A stretch of 32,375 bases of DNA from contig JAOAEL010000001.1 in NCBI GenBank assembly GCA_026416845.1, forward strand, positions 83,565 through 115,939. The letters are read 5' to 3'. Each line of letters begins with the position of its first letter. Position 1 is the first letter of the stretch. This document shows positions 27,616-32,375 of the stretch, piece by piece. The notes under the pieces are model-generated. The model ran no database searches. It saw nothing but the letters and a program-made list of their open reading frames with translations, and was not told the DNA's origin. Source of the stretch: Patescibacteria group bacterium (lineage in GTDB: Bacteria > Patescibacteriota > Microgenomatia > UBA8517). Made by a program: the position numbers and the translations under genes.

Positions 27616-29469
27616 TTAATTGCATAAATTTATTTTACAAAAACGCGCAATAACCTTTAATTCCCGAAAATCTTTTTCATTGGGAAACTTAATAATTTCA
27701 TTCCTTGCGCTTATATCTGAAATGGAGTAAGTTATTTTTCTTACTATTTCGTTTTTAGAATTGACAAATGTAAAAGTTAGACTTCCTTGAATTTTTTCTT
27801 TTTCTGACAACTTCACAAACAATGCAGAATATTTATTTTCAGAATCAACACTTGGCAAATAAAAATACGCGAATTTACCATCAAAACTTTTCCAAAGGCA
27901 ATCAGCATTTTTCACAACATATATTCTTGTCTCTTCTGTAACATTTCTAAATACACCAAGATCATCTATGCGCCAAGCATATATTTTCTCAGGATTATAA
28001 ATTTTCCCCGATTTTTTCGTGCCTCCGTATAACCAATCAGTAACATCCACGTTTGTATCGCACATCAAACGAATCATTGTTTCTTTATTGGCAAAAACCG
28101 GAAATTCTTCAAAACTTCTTATGCCACGAAAGTAAACATACGGATAAACACCAGACCAATCAAAAACATAACCTCTCAAAGCATGATCGCCAGAAACACT
28201 CAATACAACATCTTTACTATAAACTGGCACTGTTTTTAGTATATCTCCCCACATAGCCCTTACCACATATCTTGACCGGAATTTTTCTTCAGTGGTAATA
28301 ATTTTGTTGGCATGAAGCAAATAAAAAACTATGAAAACCGATAATATACCCAATTTATAATTTCCTTGCATCCTGGAAAGTAAAAATCCAATCACCAAAA
28401 CCAATCCTATATTTCCTATAGAAACATATCTGTGAGTAACTCCCAAAGAAATCATTGGTTCATATAACCAATTTGGCAAGTAAAACAATACCAACCACCA
28501 CAATAAAAGAGCTATTTTGCCTATAGTCAAAGATTTTTTTATTAAAAAAAACAAGCTTATTGCAACCAAAAACAAAACAAAAGCAAAGCCTAAAATTAAA
28601 CTCGTATTATCTCCAGCTGATAAACCGCCTTCTTCGTTCACGGGGAAAAAGGGCGATCTGATAATATTGCCAATCGTTATAAAAAAACGCGTGTAATAAT
28701 CTTCGCTTAATGCTTTTGCGATTATTGAAAATGTATCAAGTTTCCCACCCATAGAGCTTTTCCCGCTCGTTGCGACAATAACTTCTTTAATAACAAAGAA
28801 TTGCAAACAAACAAAGATGAAAATTCTTAATAAACTCTCCCTAAATTTATAAACTGGTTTTGGCTTGGAAATTGCGACAATAAACTCAAAAGCAGGTATT
28901 AAGAAAAGCAAAGCAATGCCCCTCCACAAATCAAACAAAAACAAGAGGCTGGCAAAAACATTTGAAAAAATAAAAAAGAATAATCTTTTTTTCGTTCGCC
29001 CATTAATAGAAACAACATAAAAAGCAAAAGAAATCAAAGACAATATCAGGATAAAACCATTAAAACGCGCCCACGAGAAAGACTCCATGCTATAAGGGCC
29101 TGATGAAAAAATCAAAGAGGCAAATAATCCAACACTTACATAACTAAACAAAACATAACCCAAAGATCCAATCAAAAACGATGCGATGATTTTAGAAATC
29201 AAACCGGCAAATTGCCACAAATAAGAGTCAGGACCAATTACATTAATAAAAACCCAATTAAAATAAGGAGCCAGAAATCTGTTTCTATAACTTTCCCAAA
29301 TCAAAGAATTTTGAAATTTGCCTGCCCAAATAGTAAACCAATCATCCCTCCAAAAATCAAAGTCTATCGCCTTGCCATAGCTTAAAATATTTAACAAAAT
29401 CACCAAAATTGCGTAAATTGTTACTGTAAAAAACAATTTCAAACCTAGTGATATTTTGTTTTTTTTCAT
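27616..29469 (-). CDS. Polytopic membrane protein, putative GT-C glycosyltransferase with a large C-terminal soluble domain
   Basis: DFWRDDW acidic pair after TM1, YR, about 11-12 TM segments, an HRY motif and about 210 aa of soluble C-terminus. Start moved to ATG 29469 (MKKNK), downstream of the upstream stop. Confidence 0.62.
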   Translation of the reverse strand: MKKNKISLGLKLFFTVTIYAILVILLNILSYGKAIDFDFWRDDWFTIWAGKFQNSLIWESYRNRFLAPYFNWVFINVIGPDSYLWQFAGLISKIIASFLIGSLGYVLFSYVSVGLFASLIFSSGPYSMESFSWARFNGFILILSLISFAFYVVSINGRTKKRLFFFIFSNVFASLLFLFDLWRGIALLFLIPAFEFIVAISKPKPVYKFRESLLRIFIFVCLQFFVIKEVIVATSGKSSMGGKLDTFSIIAKALSEDYYTRFFITIGNIIRSPFFPVNEEGGLSAGDNTSLILGFAFVLFLVAISLFFLIKKSLTIGKIALLLWWLVLFYLPNWLYEPMISLGVTHRYVSIGNIGLVLVIGFLLSRMQGNYKLGILSVFIVFYLLHANKIITTEEKFRSRYVVRAMWGDILKTVPVYSKDVVLSVSGDHALRGYVFDWSGVYPYVYFRGIRSFEEFPVFANKETMIRLMCDTNVDVTDWLYGGTKKSGKIYNPEKIYAWRIDDLGVFRNVTEETRIYVVKNADCLWKSFDGKFAYFYLPSVDSENKYSALFVKLSEKEKIQGSLTFTFVNSKNEIVRKITYSISDISARNEIIKFPNEKDFRELKVIARFCKINLCN

Positions 29470-29483
29470 TTTGCTAAAAACGC

Positions 29484-30554
29484 TTAAATCAAAAACACCT
29501 GATAAAACATACACAAATTAACCCCATACGCAGGCAATTTATAAGACAAACCAAACTGCTTTCTGACAAAATGATATGTTATCAAAAAAGCTGTCCAAAA
29601 ACTAAGTATCAAGTGAATTAAGTAACAAAAATTTCTTCTTGTGAAAGATAAATACAAACTATCAAAAAGAACCGGCAAAAGTAAAAACACATAAGGTAAA
29701 AAAAGGTATTTTTTAAAACTATAAAATCCTTTCTGATAATTATTTCTTCCTGAAAAACCGGCTAAGGCATAGTCTTTTTGCAAATAGACATTTAAAATAA
29801 TCCTCCAATTAATCTTCCTCAAATATCTTTTTAAAGAAGTTGCTGAATAATGGAATATAGGATCATCTTTGGCAATTGCAATTAATTTTTGATTTTTATT
29901 TAACAGATAAAAAGTGTGCCAAATCAGCTCGGGCACCTTCGTAACTTCCGGGCATTTTGTTAAGAAGAATGATTTATCCAACATACTGCCCATGGCGGCA
30001 AGTTCTATGATAGGTAAATTATTCTCTTGAGATAAATCAAAAACTACATAATCTTTAGTTTTTTTAACAACTAAATATCTGAAAATCATACTACGCAAAT
30101 AATATTTATGATTTTTGGATAATCTATATATAAAAAATGAAAAAGGATCTCCAAACTCATTAATATACCTATTGATAAACGGGTAATTTTTAGGATCCTT
30201 GTATCCTACGGGGGTAACAGCAACAACATCTTTTTCTCTTTCAAGGCAAGATACTTTCTTTTTAATACTATCAACACTTCCAAGAACCTCATCACTATCC
30301 AGAAATACAACATACTTGCCTTTCGCTTTTAGAAAACCGACATGTTTAGCGTAAGTAGGTTGTACCCTTTTATTTTGATATATCCTACATTTATATTCTC
30401 TTGCAATTTGCAAAGTTTCATCTGTGGAACCACCATCTAACACAATTATATCTATAGGTTTATATTTCTGCTTTTTTATTGATTGTAAAACCAATTCCAA
30501 AGTACCTGCAGAATTATAAGTTGCAATAACAATACTCACTAATGGACTTTGCAT
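29484..30554 (-). CDS. GT2 glycosyltransferase with C-terminal TM helices, 356 aa
   Basis: VSIVIATYNS, LDGGSTDET, FLDSDE and a hydrophobic C-terminus. Confidence 0.88.
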   Translation of the reverse strand: MQSPLVSIVIATYNSAGTLELVLQSIKKQKYKPIDIIVLDGGSTDETLQIAREYKCRIYQNKRVQPTYAKHVGFLKAKGKYVVFLDSDEVLGSVDSIKKKVSCLEREKDVVAVTPVGYKDPKNYPFINRYINEFGDPFSFFIYRLSKNHKYYLRSMIFRYLVVKKTKDYVVFDLSQENNLPIIELAAMGSMLDKSFFLTKCPEVTKVPELIWHTFYLLNKNQKLIAIAKDDPIFHYSATSLKRYLRKINWRIILNVYLQKDYALAGFSGRNNYQKGFYSFKKYLFLPYVFLLLPVLFDSLYLSFTRRNFCYLIHLILSFWTAFLITYHFVRKQFGLSYKLPAYGVNLCMFYQVFLI

Positions 30555-31657
30555 AAATTCAAAATTTCATCAATTATTATCTTAGAAGGACTACTAGATA
30601 TATCCAAAACTGGGTTAGTTTTATATTTTGTGTAGTTTCGCAAAAAAGAACCAATTATTCTCTTATTGTATTTAGATAGAACAACATTAATTTTTAAACC
30701 TTCTATTCTTTCCGTTACATTTCTCAAAATAAGACAAGGCTTGCCAAGATAATACATTTCTTCCTGATTGCTACCACCATCTGTGATCACAAATTCGGAA
30801 TTTCTGACTATATGAACAAAATCCGGCATTTTCATACGAGGAAGGAAAAGTACATCTCTACTTTTTGCTACAGTGTTAAAAAAATCTGAATCCCCTAAAT
30901 ACCTTTGTGTCACAGAATGCAAAACAAATACACAACTTAAACCCGCAGGAGTATTATCAATAATATATTTAATCAGATTTATAGTCCGCCACTTGTTAAA
31001 GATAACATTTTCTTGTCTATGCACAATTAAAACAAAATACTTTGAATTTTTTTTTAGAGGCAATTTATACTTCAATTTTTGCGAAAGACACCATTTTACA
31101 GTTTCAACCAAAGTGTTGTTAAAAGTATTAACTTTAATCCCACTTTTTCTTCTGAGATTATTCAAACTCCAATTATTAGGGCAAAAGTGAATTGTGGCAA
31201 AAAATGAAACCAAAATTCTATTAATCTCTTCAGGAAAAGGCTCAAACATTTTAAAAGATCGCAATCCTGACTCAACGTGAGCAACCGGCACACGATAAAT
31301 ATATCCAACGAAAGCCCCTATTACTGCCGAAACAGTATCTCCATGAACAATAACAATTTTTTTGCCTGGATTATTTTTAAAAAATTCATTGTAAAAAGTT
31401 TTTATTGTTTCAACAAATGATTTTAAGACCCAAAGAACGAATTTAAAAACCGATGGTTTAACAGATTTTTTACAAAGTGAAATGTCCCAATTGCCTTGAC
31501 CAATAATAGATTTGAAATCTTTCAAATCAACAATATTTTGTCCTGAAGAAACAAGTACCGTTTTTATCTTTCTTTTTTTACACTCACGAATAACGGGCGC
31601 TAGTTTGATAAGTTCTGCGGTTGTGCCAACAAAAAAATACAAAGTCAGTTTGTCCAT
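30539..31657 (-). CDS. wecB: UDP-N-acetylglucosamine 2-epimerase family protein (WecB/MnaA-like, divergent), 372 aa
   Basis: GTTAELIKLAP, SGQ, VHGDT, AHVESGLRS, PFPEEINR, HRQEN, TDGGSNQEE and LRNVTERIEG motifs. Confidence 0.8.
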   Translation of the reverse strand: MDKLTLYFFVGTTAELIKLAPVIRECKKRKIKTVLVSSGQNIVDLKDFKSIIGQGNWDISLCKKSVKPSVFKFVLWVLKSFVETIKTFYNEFFKNNPGKKIVIVHGDTVSAVIGAFVGYIYRVPVAHVESGLRSFKMFEPFPEEINRILVSFFATIHFCPNNWSLNNLRRKSGIKVNTFNNTLVETVKWCLSQKLKYKLPLKKNSKYFVLIVHRQENVIFNKWRTINLIKYIIDNTPAGLSCVFVLHSVTQRYLGDSDFFNTVAKSRDVLFLPRMKMPDFVHIVRNSEFVITDGGSNQEEMYYLGKPCLILRNVTERIEGLKINVVLSKYNKRIIGSFLRNYTKYKTNPVLDISSSPSKIIIDEILNLCKVH

Positions 31658-31666
31658 TTTTCAAGT

Positions 31667-32375
31667 TTATTGCATTAAATCCAAATATACATTGATTATC
31701 TTTTGGGCATTTCTGGATGAAAATTTTTCTAAAGCATATTTTCTGGCATTCTTTTGATAAATTTTAATTTTAGAATTTTTATCAAACAATTCTTCAACCT
31801 TTTCTTTTATAGATTTTTCGTTAATTTCTATCAATTCTCCAACTTTTTCAGATATTGCCTCCGGAATAGCTCCGCGATTGGACGCCAAAACTGGTGTTCC
31901 ACAGCTTAAAGACTCCAATATGACCCTACCAAATCCTTCTTCATGTATGGAAGGAACTATCAATAGATCTGCCGCAGAATAATACAAAGGCAAATCGCTT
32001 TGCGAAACTGCCCCTAAATAAATTAAATTTTTATCTTTCTTTGCCTGTTGAAAAACCAAGGAATCAAGAGGACCAATACCAATAATTGCAAGTTTAATTT
32101 TCTTTGACCAAATTTTTTTGGAATTCAAAAGCACTTTGACTCCTTTCTCGGGAACTAATCTACCCACAAATAAAACAGTAAAACTATCCCATCCGGTCTT
32201 TTCCTTGGCTTTTTTTACAGGACTGAAAAGATCCGTATTTATCCAATAAGTAAAAACAGTGATTTTGTTAGGACTAATACCTAAATCCTCTATCTCTCTT
32301 GCCGATTGTGAAGAAAGACAAAGCACCTTGCTGGAAAAAGCAAAAATATGCTTTGCTATAAATCTGTACAAACCT
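31667..32375 (-). CDS. GT4 glycosyltransferase, C-terminal part; start lies beyond the right edge of the window
   Basis: Frame is open to the edge (GGT TTG TAC AGA...). FVGRLVPEKG, GIGPL and PSIHEEGFGRVILES (E-x7-E) motifs. Confidence 0.9.
   Translation of the reverse strand, partial: GLYRFIAKHIFAFSSKVLCLSSQSAREIEDLGISPNKITVFTYWINTDLFSPVKKAKEKTGWDSFTVLFVGRLVPEKGVKVLLNSKKIWSKKIKLAIIGIGPLDSLVFQQAKKDKNLIYLGAVSQSDLPLYYSAADLLIVPSIHEEGFGRVILESLSCGTPVLASNRGAIPEAISEKVGELIEINEKSIKEKVEELFDKNSKIKIYQKNARKYALEKFSSRNAQKIINVYLDLMQ

Noticed and set aside
31047-31055. Homopolymer runs (T9 here; A8/T8 at e.g. 3272-3279, 6542-6549, 6740-6747) as phase-variation tracts
   Set aside because: Runs of this length are expected in AT-rich Lys/Phe-rich coding DNA. 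All host genes are in frame and I saw no long G/C tracts.
237-31757. About 25 short ORFs (61-154 aa) in the ORF track, mostly on the plus strand, e.g. 237-491, 9513-9833, 13150-13506, 21539-22003, 30873-31190; also 3260-3505, 7440-7640 and 8089-8403 on the minus strand
   Set aside because: They lie antisense to or out of frame within well-supported genes, have no recognisable motifs and often use non-ATG starts. They are best explained as shadow ORFs.
32371-32375. TTG at 32371 as the start of the last GT4
   Set aside because: The frame is open to the window edge and the N-terminal GT4 domain is incomplete, so the gene starts outside the window.
1-32375. CRISPR arrays, tRNA/rRNA genes, IS elements, integrases or prophage genes
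   Set aside because: The window is almost fully occupied by glycan-related CDS. I saw no spaced repeats, RNA gene signatures or transposase/integrase motifs.

Overview
This AT-rich, very tightly packed bacterial window lies entirely within a large cell-surface glycosylation locus. It holds 28 CDS: 26 on the minus strand and 2 on the plus strand, with one gene truncated at each window edge. Inventory: 5 GT4 (GT-B) glycosyltransferases; 7 GT2 (GT-A) glycosyltransferases, including a DPM1-like polyprenol-phosphate sugar synthase and a GT2-methyltransferase fusion; 6 polytopic membrane proteins with GT-C-like features; 4 more stand-alone class I SAM methyltransferases; a Wzx-type flippase; an AsnB-family amidotransferase; a divergent WecB-like UDP-GlcNAc 2-epimerase; two tiny hydrophobic proteins; and a secreted DUF5667-like protein. 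Gene content, overlapping genes and the lack of obvious Shine-Dalgarno motifs suggest a Patescibacteria/CPR (Microgenomates-like) genome; this is inference only. The most notable observation is three paralogous AftD/YfhO-like GT-C proteins that share one scaffold but carry different extracellular inserts. One insert is a DUF5667-like helical module. The paralog lacking an insert sits head-to-head with a free-standing secreted DUF5667-like gene. I saw no RNA genes, CRISPR arrays or mobile elements. All family calls come from motif recognition by eye, not database searches.
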